Source: Euprymna scolopes (taxonomy: Eukaryota). Taken from it: DNA of 64,000 nt. Position 1 is the first letter of the stretch. Every line of letters starts with the position of its first letter. Below, in pieces: positions 48,331 to 60,145 of this stretch. The notes under the pieces are model-generated. The model did not search any database. It was not told the origin of the DNA and saw nothing but the letters and a program-made list of their open reading frames with translations. The DNA lies in NCBI GenBank assembly GCA_053919585.1, contig CM132821.1; one strand, given 5' to 3'. A program made the position numbers and the translations under genes.

Positions 48331-49093
48331 TGTAACCTAATCCCCCATTGAGGAGTGTTAGAACTACGCTAAGGTAGCTTTGTATTCCCGGGTTACGTCA
48401 GATAACCCAAGGATTTAAGATAGAGACGATAAATATACATATTTTATTTCATGTTAAAATAGATATTGTTTGAAAACCAAAGAAATATTTTTACGGCTAA
48501 AAGTTGACGACAGGAAATTTCACTTAGAACCTTGTCTGGCCTTACATGAACCCAGGGTCGGATGTCAGAATTGACATCTGTCCTTGACAATGCTGAGAGA
48601 ATTTCAGGTGTGGGAACGGTGCCCACCGAGGGACCTGGGGCTTAGGATTTCGTGGCGAAATCTTATTTGCTGGGGAGAATTTCCACCCCCATCCACTTAC
48701 GTTACTATATATATATACGACTGTCGTGCGAGAATTAGTCAGAGCGAAAAGAACAGGGTTGAGTTTAAGAGAGTTTCAGATCAGAGTAGAGCAGAGACGT
48801 GACCGCTCCCCACCTCATCCATCTGTCGGTCGCTGTCTGTGAAGAGAGTTGAGACTTTGAAATGAACTTACAAAATCTGAATGAGAATTGTAAAAACATT
48901 TTGTACATAATTTTATGAGAATTAAGCTTTTGTAGATAGACTACAATCGTTTGTCTTTCTTCCTGCCTGCCGCTTCGATATTCGCTTTCAGCATGCCAGA
49001 TTTTATGTAGCAGCCTCAGAGGAGTCTAGACGATACGGGCCGAGAATCCAGAGTAATAAGAGTCCTAACCACCTCCTCGAGGAAGGAGTTACA
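48331..49093 (+). mobile_element. Solo LTR (763 bp) with 4-bp TSD
   Basis: TGTAAC...GTTACA termini; TACA on both sides (48327-48330, 49094-49097); internal TATA-rich tract near 48705; no adjacent internal coding region. Orientation is inferred. Confidence 0.8.
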
Positions 49094-49584
49094 TACATTT
49101 CTTTAAATGGGGTATATTTTAAATAATGTATTAAATATATTACCATAAGAAATATATGCATACAACTATCCAAAATTCAACATTTGTTTATTGGTTCGGA
49201 TACCCTGTATATGAAGTTCCATGTCTGTAAACTAAAAACTGACAGAGGAGTTTGGTTGTCAACATTTTTAAACAAATATATACACGTATATATTTAATAT
49301 ATATAGAAAGATGTTTGTGGTTACTATAACCTTTTAACGCAAATATTACGCAAGTATAACTTATGTACAATATCTAACTGAATATAATTACACGTAATAG
49401 GCAACTAAAGACGATCATCTCATGATTAAACCGAAAAAACTAATAGGAAATTAATTTAAATAAATGTTTAAAAGAATATGCAAAGTAGCTAGAGCCTTTG
49501 CAGATAAACGAAATTCCACCAATAATATATATTGAATTTTCTTGTTAAATAACTTTTTTCTGTTGTTCTTAGCCTTCGGGCCTG

Positions 49585-50280
49585 GATCTGTTCCGGCAGA
49601 TACTGCAAGCATAGACCATATGTGTGAGCAACCCTACATATAAGTTATTGGTCAACGTAGGGGAAACTCTTCATAGCAATTGTCACTATCCAGTTCCTCT
49701 ACTCCCCGAGGAGCTGGTCCCCATTTCCCCTTAACTCTTCACATCAAAAAACGGCTTTTTGCCTAATTTGTTCAGTGTGGAAGCAAATAAATACCATATT
49801 CAGCTCCCCTACTCCCCGCGGAGTGCTCCCCATTTCCCCTTCACTCTCCACATTAAAAAACGGCATTGTGTCTAATCTGCTCAGTGGGGAAGCAAATGAA
49901 TACCTCAAAGTGTAGTATCTGTTCCGGAAGATACTGCAAGAAAAGACCATATGTGGGGGCAACCCCACATATAAGACCTTGGTCAATGTAGGGCCAACCC
50001 GGTTGTTCTTGTGCCTGACGTTTTTATCATTTTCCTATTTGTATTGTTTTTTGTGAATAAAAAAATTAATATCACAAAGTACAGTATCTGTTCTTATGCA
50101 ACACTTAAGTTAATTTGCCTCAATCAATGGAGAGGAACCCCGCTATGATAAGACAATTATTATTTTTGGTCCCTACCAGAGTGCAACTTTTGCCTTTTGT
50201 GTGTGTGGGGGAGCTGGTTCCCCCACATTAAAAACGAGCTCGTGTCACATTTTTCTTTCGTGGGGAAGCAAATAAATACT
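49585..50280. repeat. Rearranged tandem copies of the modular repeat seen at 35.8-36.2 kb
   Basis: ATCTGTTCCGG.AGATACTGCAAG...ATATGTG hairpin at 49586 and 49917; CTACTCCCCG...GGAAGCAAAT block three times. Confidence 0.75.
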
Positions 50281-50387
50281 AATAAATAGAAAAGATGGTT
50301 TTAATATTGATATCAATACACAAAACCCAAATTTATAGGAGTATATAGATTGAATTTATTAACAAGAAAAATTAAAATAATATGGCG

Positions 50388-50457
50388 AGGTACACTTGGG
50401 TTGTAAAACAGGATCATTCGATCTGTAGTCAAATGCTCTATCACTAAGCTATATCTC
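50388..50457 (-). pseudogene. tRNA-Cys-derived pseudogene or SINE head
   Basis: Reverse complement GAGATATAGCTTAGTGATAGAGCATTTGACTACAGATCGAATGATCC follows tRNA-Cys (TATAGCTCAGTGGTAGAGCATT(T/C)GACTGCAGATC). The anticodon reads ACA and the T-arm is degenerate. Confidence 0.75.
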
Positions 50458-50608
50458 TAGATTGTGTGCAGTCAGCACTAACCCTATTCAAGGTTTAACC
50501 GGCTTCCTCCAAAGGAAGAAGTTTAATGGGAGTATGAAATTCCCCGTTAGGGGAGATGACGACGTTAGGTTTTTGCAACTGTATGCAAGGCGATATCGAC
50601 GTCCTCCT

Positions 50609-50716
50609 ACATACAGCACCTGGACTTCCCAAATTGGTCACCCATTTTAGTAATAACCAGGCTCAACTTCGCTGATCTGACGGGAACTGGCGTGTCAAAG
50701 TGATTATGCCGTATAC
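50609..50716 (-). pseudogene. 5S rRNA-derived copy with internal deletion
   Basis: Reverse complement GTATACGGCATAATCACTTTGACACGCCAGTTCCCGTCAGATCAGCGAAGTT-GAGCCTGGTTATTAC...TGGGTGACC...GGGAAGTCCAGGTGCTGTATGT. Confidence 0.8.
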
Positions 50717-51630
50717 ATATGTCTACATTATAATAAATGTGTTTTTATGAGGAAATAATTTGTTGAAATTTTATTATCTTTCTTGTCGGATATAAGGTAA
50801 AATATTCACCGGTAAAACTTATTCTTTTTTATGTATAAGAGAGAAAATCTAGCCTTAAGATCGAAATTTTTTTTCATTTTCGATATTTAACGGATAAATA
50901 TATGTAGAAGACATATCTAAAAACACTGCCAGACATATAAATAAGCTTTGTGTGAAATAGGGGGAAGTATATTACGCAGATGATTACTACCTTTTTGAGT
51001 GGCTATCAGGCGTCACCGACTGGTCTTCTTTCATCCCGTCTTCATGTGAAGCGCAATACTCAGCCTCTCCATAGCAAATGACTGTCCGTGCGTGGTGAAG
51101 AGACACATCCTTCTCAGTGTAACCCCGTTGTTATGATTAGGCATAAACAGAACACGCGAGATGAAAAGGGGTAAACCTCGATAATCTATTCTGTTATTCC
51201 ATGGGTAATAATAGTTCCGATTGCACTCACAGACAAACAGATGATATGGATTTGAGAATAATATTGTTTTGCAGACGATCAGATTAAATTGACAATGGGA
51301 AAGCACACAAGCTCTATTTAGCAGACTACTGTGGAACTCCATGTGGAGCAGCGCCCCACGCTTTTATATGCGCAACCCAAACTTCACTATGAATACACAC
51401 GAATGCAGCACCAGATTTTAGGCCCCTGTAAACACAATCCTAGATGTTAAGACATCTCTTGTAGCAATTGGGACGAATGAAGGTGCTTCCTTAAATCCGA
51501 CTGATATTAATACGCGATGGTTGAACGTGACAGGAAGGGAAGTACTGGGAAGTAACAACAGAGAGGAGAAACTCTTAAGTTGTAAAACCTACAGGCGTTC
51601 TTTTGGAGCGTCCTGAAAGACGACTGAAAT

Positions 51631-51669
<39 letters not shown>

Positions 51670-51779
51670 GTGAAATTTGCACAACATAGGCTCAGCCGTT
51701 TCGGAACATATGAGAAAAGCACTCAAGCACACGCACACACAAAGCGACGCTTATATAATAATACAGATAAAGATAGGGA

Positions 51780-52350
51780 TACGTGAGGTTTCCGTAAATG
51801 TCCGATTCTCAGATATTTATTCCATTATATCCAGTCATTCTCTCCTGATACCAAATTAGATCATTTGCACTGATCCTCATTGTGTTTCGTTCCGTTGATC
51901 TTTTGCAATTCTGATCAATTTCCGCGCCCATGGCGATGCCGATTCGCGAAAGATCTGAAGCATTTGTGGAATTTCTGAAATTCGTCTTATTAAAATTCAC
52001 ATTCCGTTATGTATCTGTAACTTAAGGAAGGGAAATTCACTCCAGAATAAACGATTATGCATTAGATTTCGTTGGTCAAAAGTATTGCTATTAACATATA
52101 ACAGTTTCATGTGGATCTATAAAAGTAAGTGCGAAATACTGACTCATTTTACATATTTACATATCAGTATATGATTTGCACGGGATTATTTCATTTTCTC
52201 TTTTTTAGTACATATGCTTTTGGAAATATTTTATTTCATATCAATTTCTTTCTAGAAATACTTCTTACTGATACGAAAACACTTCTTATTGTAATGTTTC
52301 TTTTCTTCTTTAAAATTAACCAGCTTAGAAAATGTTAGCATTCTTAACAA
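51780..52350. repeat. Second copy of the unclassified repeat at 46430-47010
   Basis: Colinear similarity across about 570 bp. Confidence 0.85.
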
Positions 52351-52690
52351 ATACTCATGTAATCAATGACTGAGACTATCTCAGGGAATTGAATTTTGAT
52401 ACAATAGTTACTTGTATACCGTTAAACATGTTCAAATCCTATATTTATTTGATGGCTAATGTTTCTAACATAAAGGTGAATAATAGCTTTTTTCTTGGTC
52501 GTAGTTTTTCTATAGCTAAAATGAAAAAAAAACCTATTCTTCGTTCAACAAAATGGTCTGTGTAAAACTTGTTTACTTTAAAAAGAAAGCATTTAATATT
52601 CTAAGGAATAACAATATATAAAAAGGCTGGCAGTAGCAAGTGGAAAAAACCGCGCCAAACACATATTCATATAAGGGTAGTTGCGTTCAA

Positions 52691-52750
<60 letters not shown>

Positions 52751-53049
52751 CCTTGAAGGATTCAATTGTCGTCTTACAAAATACAACGTGATTAAGTGCA
52801 GTATCACAATAGAAATTACACCTTGCTGTAAAACAAGCACCATAAAATTATCGCCTTAGAAAATACGATATAATTCCATTTCCGGTTTTCTTCTTTTTTT
52901 TTTGTTGAAGACTAAATACTAGTTTGCAAGTTGTGTAAAAAATCCAAAGTTATAAAAGTTTTCCATAATGCAAGAAAGTGACAAAACGTTCAACGAGACA
53001 GATCGGAGATTAACCCCTGTACAACTCATGCTGTCTACCGGTCCAGATT

Positions 53050-53710
53050 ATGACAACTTAACCATTGACAGCAGGCTCAAAATGCAAAGTTCGACAATTC
53101 AACGCTTGCAGGCACAGCTCGACGAAATTTCCGACCATGGTTTACGTCTTTGGTTTGGTTTCATATAAGGGCCACATTATGCCTCCTCACATCTTCGAAA
53201 TTAGCTTGAAAATAAACAGCTAAGTGTACCTGGATATACTGAAGAGTGTGATGATCCTCTCGTTCAATCGGCTGGCCGATGGCAGAACTTTAGTGTGGCA
53301 GCAAGACTCGGCGCCGGCCCATGAGTCCAAAGAGATCCAGGCTTGGCTTTAGAAGACATGCTACGACTTTGTACTTCTCTCACTGGCCCCCTCCTATCCC
53401 GACCTGAACCCGCTAGTCTATTTTATTTGGTCATACGTTGAGAACATCACTAGAATTGCCTCTCACAAACCCAAGGCCAACTTGATCGCCACCATCCACC
53501 GAGTATTTGGCGAGCTCTTGCTGGCGCTTGTGGAAAAGGCATTCTTCCAGTTCATCGAAGCGATAATTGAAACTGAAGGCAGGTACGTTGAATAGATGCC
53601 AGCTCTGCTATATAATCAAATTACCTGAATTTATTTATTTTCAGTAAAAGTGTTTAAAAATAGCTGTAGTGTTGTTTTCTTTAGGGGGACAAATTTACCG
53701 TTCCACCCTG
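53050..53710 (+). mobile_element. 3' part of a degraded Tc1/mariner-superfamily transposon (maT/D37D-like)
   Basis: TKFPTMVYVFGLVSYKGHIMPPHIFE; VYLDILKSV...WQQDSAPAHESKEIQAWL; HWPP..PDLNPLVYFIWSYVE; IEAIIETEGRYVE*; right TIR GGGACAAATTTACCGTTCCACCCTG|TA. Confidence 0.8.
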
Positions 53711-54263
53711 TATATATGTGTATTACCGTATCTAGTCTTAAATTAACAAAATGAGTTTGTTTTCTTTTTTAATTGTATATTCTAACAGGCATAATAAAGT
53801 ATGACTGTATACTATAGGGTGCACGTATTAAGTTAAAGGTTTAGGTGTTGAAGTTAAAACCATATGTGAAAATATAGAATTTTACGAAGTCCAGAATTAT
53901 AAATATCAATAGAATAAAAAGGAAAATAGACATAACATTATTCAATATTATATGTTTCTTTTAATCTTTCATCAGGAATAATCGAAACCGAAACCAACAC
54001 TTTTGAAGAATTCTTGGTAAAATAGTTTATTACAAGAAATGGATGGTCATAACAATAAAACAACATTCACTCGGACGAAATAGGATGTAAGCGTGACACA
54101 CAAAATAAATAACACACACGCTATCCTATTATAATACTTGATATCCATCAGAGCTCCTGGCAATGCTGGAACATTTCGAAAATGATACCTAATGGAAATT
54201 AGTGGGTAAACGAGGATCAATAATATCAGGTCAGCCAGGATTTAAGGAGCAACTACAGATCTA

Positions 54264-54752
54264 TTATTTTAATTGGAATTGATTATTGAGATGAGTATTA
54301 TTTATATTAATGCATTTATTGCGGACTATTATTCCCATTTTTATTAGCTGTTGTTTCACAACGTTTCGGCCAACTATTCCTCTGGCCTTCGTCAGGTGGT
54401 AACAACGACGGATAGAAACTTCGAATCTTCTAACTGCATTCTCAGCAATCACTGCCACCCGTAGTTGTTGTCGTCTCAACAGTTAATAGAGACGGTTCCA
54501 GATGATGAGTGTCTGAAGATAGCGGTTTTAATCCTACCGAAAGCCGGTCAGAGGCTTACTTGGCCAAAAACGTGGTGGGGCGACAACAATTACGGATGGC
54601 AGTGATTGCTGAGAATGCAGTTAGGAGATTCGAAGTTCCTATCCATCGCGGTTACCACCTGACGAAGGCCAGAGGAATAGTTGACCGAAACATCGTGAAA
54701 CAACAACTAATAAAGATGAGAATAATAGTCCGCAATAAATGAATTAATATAA
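54264..54752. mobile_element. Head-to-head inverted pair of hammerhead family A repeats
   Basis: 54301-54478 is the reverse complement of about 54575-54752, with a ~95-bp asymmetric centre. Confidence 0.85.
54353..54403 (-). ncRNA. Minimal type I hammerhead motif (family A), best-preserved copy
   Basis: Reverse complement: GTTACCAC CTGACGA A GGCCA gaggaatagt TGGCC GAA ACGT T GTGAAAC. Stem I is CAC/GTG plus GTT/AAC; GUU triplet. Confidence 0.7.
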
Positions 54753-55293
54753 ACTACAGATCTGCATGTATGGTAAACCGCATTAGTGACATATTCGAAC
54801 GAAAATCGGAGAGACTTGTGATAATGCAGCAACTGAAAATATAAGCTCGCGAACAAATAGTACGAAAGGAAATGACTGGCGCCAGAGAACACTACAGAAG
54901 TGCGCATATTGATAGAAGCCAATGAAGTGGCAGATTTACAATTGCAGACTTTCAATAACGAAAGAAAGAACAGATTTCTGGAAGAATTTTACTTGAAGCC
55001 ATGTCTATGGGTTAATAAGAAACCTGTTTGATGTAAGCTGTTATATATACGTATGCGTTGAAATCGATAATGTAAGTATATAACAATACCATAAATTTCA
55101 CAACTATTTTCTGTCAGATTATATCGTATAATACGTCGAAATAAATCGTTTAACACACATATATATCATAAGATATATTTTTAAAATGAATACTTGTGAA
55201 AATCATGATATCGATATACACATATGTAATAGATTAGACCACATACATATATAATAGCTTACATCAATATATATATATATATATATGTGCATA

Positions 55294-55356
<63 letters not shown>

Positions 55357-55492
55357 TATTGTTGTTTTTCAAGCGATAAACACGGTTAATATTGGATCCG
55401 CCTTGAAGCTCATTTTTCATTTACTTAGAAAGTCGCCCTTCAATTTGTTTGGACGTATATAACAATTTTATTTATTTATTATTTTTAAAACA

Positions 55493-55552
<60 letters not shown>

Positions 55553-55576
55553 AGTAATAAAAATATATATAGCAAT

Positions 55577-55686
55577 TAAGCTACACAGAATATCCCGCGT
55601 TTGATTCTCGTGAAAATTCTTCAGACTTATGCATAAGTCTAACGAATTCTAACGAGAATGAAACGCGGAATATTCTGTGTATCCTA
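55577..55686. ncRNA. Two head-to-head hammerhead motifs (family C), each with core substitutions, forming a ~110-bp palindrome
   Basis: Minus 55577-55629: TAAGT CTGAAGA ATTT tcacga GAAT cAAA CGCGGGATATTCTGTG TA GCTTA. Plus 55634-55686: TAAGT CTaACGA ATTC taacga GAAT GAAA CGCGGAATATTCTGTG TA TCCTA. Confidence 0.65.
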
Positions 55687-55688
55687 TA

Positions 55689-55749
<61 letters not shown>

Positions 55750-55754
<5 letters not shown>

Positions 55755-57143
55755 AGTAGCGTTTGTGTGTGTATGTTTGTCTGTGTGTACAACTCAACAT
55801 GATCAAAGAAATATAAAACGACTGTGTGTACACCTCTCCTGGTCAAGAAATATTAACGCCTATGATAGGATACTTCTGTCAAAGGAGACATTATATTTTA
55901 TACATAATTTCAATATATAGCATTCTTCAAACCACATCGACATTGATTTAGTTACGGTCATTAGAATATCACATTAAATTAAATATATTAAAATAATTAG
56001 CTTGATGATATTACGTATTCGACATAATAGCCTCGTTTGAACTGTACTATTTAAAATATAATTTAACATTTAATTATTAATTTATTTTCATTTCAATTTA
56101 TATTTGATTTAACTTACTTTTACTTATTATCTGAAATCTAAAACCTTTTAATATTCAAACCAAGAAACCAAAGGAGAATAACTGTGATAGTGTAATTATT
56201 TGAAAAATTGTTTAAAACGGAGCACGTTATGAAATATTTTCTTTAATAGATTTGTTTTCATTCCGAAATATTCGTCTCAGCTCAATTATTATTTTTATTT
56301 TTATATTCGGAGGTAATTTTCTTTGCTTATTTCTAATTTTTAAGTAACCTTTTTTTATTTCTTATAGTTGAGGTATCCGTTTCTTTCACTGTGTTTCGTA
56401 GCTTTCTTTGGTCATGTAAACTATAAGTACGCTTATATAATTCATAAGTTGTTTTTTGAAAAACTTTTTCTCCAGAATACATCAGAGCCTAAGAGAAGGG
56501 GGTATGGGGTTAGAGAAAAATAATTACAACTAATGCTCTCATTTACCCTCATCCCCACGAGTGGAGAGTTAGTCACCCACAGGGCCAATGTTCCATTTGA
56601 GCAAAATCCATCACCCATACATTATCTACTCCTTTTTTTGTTTGTTTATAAAATATAATCGGTGTTGCCCAGATTTTATAATAATTATACCAAAGCAAAT
56701 GTGTTCAATTGCCTGCGAAACAGATTTTCTTTATAGTTTATTTAATATCTTAAATTAAATATGGTCAAGTTTTACAACGTGACCCAGCGTCGTTTAACCC
56801 CTAAAAAAATGAAAACCTACTTTTTTGGACCCGGGCATTCGCTGCCATTTTTATTGAAACAAATATCGTAATAATTTGTTTTTAATTATAACTTTTTTGT
56901 GGTGGGGGAGTTTTCTTTCTAGTGCTTAATATCCGGAGGATAGTTTATTCTCTTTGTAGCACTTCTGCTGAAATATCTGGTGGAGAGGGTATCACGTACG
57001 TTTCCTTTTTCTGGAGGGGGCGATTACATTTATATGTTTTCAACCGTTCTTTTATTTTTGTTGTGGGAGTATCCACGTTGCGCATGATGAAAATGATTAG
57101 TATACAGACGTTTCAAACGGAACTTCATGTCAACCCAGGCAAC
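55750..57143 (+). mobile_element. Non-autonomous Helitron, sister of 6993-9575; the 3' end runs into an N gap
   Basis: Colinear homology (GTGTACACCTCTCCTGGTCAAGAAAT; GCCTGCGAAACAGATTTTCTTTATA; ...GTCAACCCAGGCAAC). Confidence 0.85.
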
Positions 57144-57310
57144 NNNNNNNNNNNNNNNNNNNNNNNNNNNNNNNNNNNNNNNNNNNNNNNNNNNNNNNNN
57201 NNNNNNNNNNNNNNNNNNNNNNNNNNNNNNNNNNNNNNNNNNNNNNNNNNNNNNNNNNNNNNNNNNNNNNNNNNNNNNNNNNNNNNNNNNNNNNNNNNNN
57301 NNNNNNNNNN

Positions 57311-60051
57311 AACTTTTTTTGTCATATTAATTTCCGGTAGTGATAAAAGGTTGCTCCTGTTATTAAAAAAAAAGTAATTATACCTATATTGATATTATGT
57401 TACATTGGTTTCCTTTGTCGCCATCAATGTCAACTTTTGCTATGTATCCGTTATACGCGAAATATAAATTTATCATTTCTTTAACTTCGGTACTAGAAAT
57501 ATACTGTTATATTCTTGGAATGTTGCTATTTTCAATAACAATAGTGTTCTGAGAATGTTTTAGTCACTAATCAATAAACACTTTCTCAAAATGCTATTGG
57601 CTATATATTATACAATGCTATACTGTTCTATACTATTTTAAACTGACTCACTGTCTTTTTCTTTTGCAGTTGAATATTATGGCAGCAAAACCTGAAGCAA
57701 GACAAGTTGGCATGTCTATAGTGTTATGTCTGACTTCCCTGATAACAAGCTACCAAGCATCGCTGATGTTATGCGTTTCTATACAAAGCGGCAAAGTGAT
57801 CTAACAAAAACTACCCCTTCGTCAAAAAGTGTCACTGATATATCTGCCATGGGAGTATGGATTAAAGCTGGCATTCCAACTGTTACACTGCTATGAAATG
57901 AGCAAAAAATTGTAAGTTTTCGATATTAATTGCGAAATGTGTTAAAAAAAAAGGATTACAAAAGCAAAATGGAATAGAACAACTGAATGCTAAAGGAAAA
58001 AGATTGTTTGACATTGCTGCCTGCCATTGTGAATTTTATTTCAGTACCTGTCCTAAGGACAAAAACGTGCCACGTGCTGAACAGTCATTTTTAGATGACA
58101 AAATATCAAAAACGAGAAATGCTCATAGGGACGATTGACACGGAGCGAGTGAATCTTTAAGACAAAAAAGAATTCGAAATGAAAAACAAGAGCAGTATCA
58201 CAATAAAGTTGCCATACTGGATGAAGGACCTTCAACACGTTTATATCACATCAGTAATTCTGACAGTTCAAACTTGGAGTCTTCGTCTGAAGACATTTAT
58301 GAAGATGAAGAATCCCATAGAGCATCTAAAAATATGACGTCACTTCTTACCTTGGCCAGAGAATATGATAGAAATTGTGTTTCAAATACAGTTGGTGCTG
58401 CCATAGCCACAGCTACTCTTACTGATTATGGAATAGTGACTGAAAATGACAAAACGCAGGCAGTTGATAGATCAAAGTTGTGGAGAGAACGCGAATGTCT
58501 GAGAAGCCAACTTAGAGATAATGCCTCAGAAAAACTTCAGACATTAAACTCCATATTCTTTGATAGAAGAAAAGATGTTACTAAATGTCCCCCATTTGTG
58601 AATACAAAGTGTCGAATTACAGAAGAACATGTTGTTCTAATAACTGAGCCCAATTCAAAGTACTTAGGCCATATTACCCCTTAAAGTGGATCATCTTCTA
58701 ACATTTTTGTTGCTATGACTAAGTTCTTTGATGAAAATGATTGTATCTAAATGATGAAAGGGCTGTAGGATGTGATGGAACAGCAGTAAATATAGCATTC
58801 CACAATGGCGTAATTCGACGACTTGAGGTGCAAATAAATAGATCCCTTCAGTGGCTGGTTTGCATGATGTATATGAATTAATTACCTCTCTGAAGCATCT
58901 TCATATTTTTGAATGACACAACAAGTGGTCCTACTGTTTTCCGTGGAAAAATTGGTAAAGCTCTTGTCACATGTCAATCGCTGGCAGTTGTTTAATTTGA
59001 AGCCATAAATGGAAACTTACCAGAGTTTAAAGACCTATCATCCCTGAGTAAAGATCAAAAATACCTGTATGATATTTGTATGGCTGTCAACAATGGTGTT
59101 GTGTCATCAACTCTTGCATCAAAAGAACCAGGAGCGATGATGCATACAGGGTGGTTAACTATGGGCAATAGAATTCTGAGACTCTATATTTCTACCTTGA
59201 ATCCATCGCAGGAGTTTAAGATCATGGCAGAATATATCATGAAAGGGTATTCTCTAACTTGGTTTAGCATATAACAGAGACCCCAATGTTTCTATGGAGC
59301 TCAACACCTGTGGAATGCTATTCATCTCTCCAGGTACCTCCAAGAAAATGTTCTAACATCAATCGATAAATGTATTCAGAATAACGGGTACTTTGGTCAT
59401 CCAGAAAATATTCTGTTGGCAATGATAAAAGATGAAATGGGCAGACATCAAGGAACTCGCCATCAGGAGAATTGCACGATCAAGAGAAGTGAAAACTAAA
59501 GGAGTATGAAAGTTCCAAATTCCAACATTGAATTTCAATGCTGAGGACTATTATGAAATGGTTGACTGGATCGAAATTCCGAGATGTCAATCTCCACTAA
59601 CAAGAATTTTCACAGATCATGAAATTGAGGAAGGCATCAGAAGCAGAACCGAATCAGTTTTTGAATTGGATAAGTTTCCCTGCCATACACAAGCAGTTGA
59701 GAGACATATAAAAATTGTCACTGAAGCATCAGCGACAGTGTGTGGATTGATAGATTCATCCTAAGATTGAATCACGAAAGCAAATGGCTAAATGCAGCAC
59801 AAATAGGGGCTGGTATTCTTAACTTTTGTTCCACAGTGCAATTATTTACTTGTAAAATGCAATTCTTATGGCATAACTGAGAAATAAATGTTCTTGTATT
59901 TTTTAATATATGCATTTTCAGTCAAATTTTCACGTTTTCGGCGGCAAAGGAAAATGGCTCTGAAAAATACTAAAACCTTTTCTAAACTTTAACATATAGG
60001 AGCAACTTTTTGACCTCTCGAAAAGGAAACTGTATATGCCACTACACCCTA
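57311..60051 (+). mobile_element. Decayed autonomous-type hAT-related DNA transposon (hATm-like); left terminus probably in the N gap
   Basis: Transposase remnants at 57679-59820; right end ...CACCCTA|ATATATA (a TAGGGTG terminus); subterminal inverted pair AAAAGGTTGCTCCT (~57345) and AGGAGCAACTTTT (~59998). Subgroup assignment is from recalled motifs only. Confidence 0.7.
57679..59820 (+). pseudogene. DDE transposase with many stops and frameshifts
   Basis: LFDIAACHC, VDRSKLWRER, IFFDRRKD, EEHVVLITEPNSKYLGHITP, GCDGTAVN, NGVIRRLE, LQWLVC, WLTMGNRILRLY, NGYFGHPENILLAM, FPCHTQAVERHIKIVTEAS. Confidence 0.8.
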
Positions 60052-60094
60052 ATATATATAATTATTACTAAGGTGTTTTTCTAATTTTTATTTC

Positions 60095-60145
<51 letters not shown>

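Noticed and set aside
50388-50457. Functional tRNA-Cys(ACA)
   Set aside because: The T-arm/B-box and acceptor stem are degenerate.
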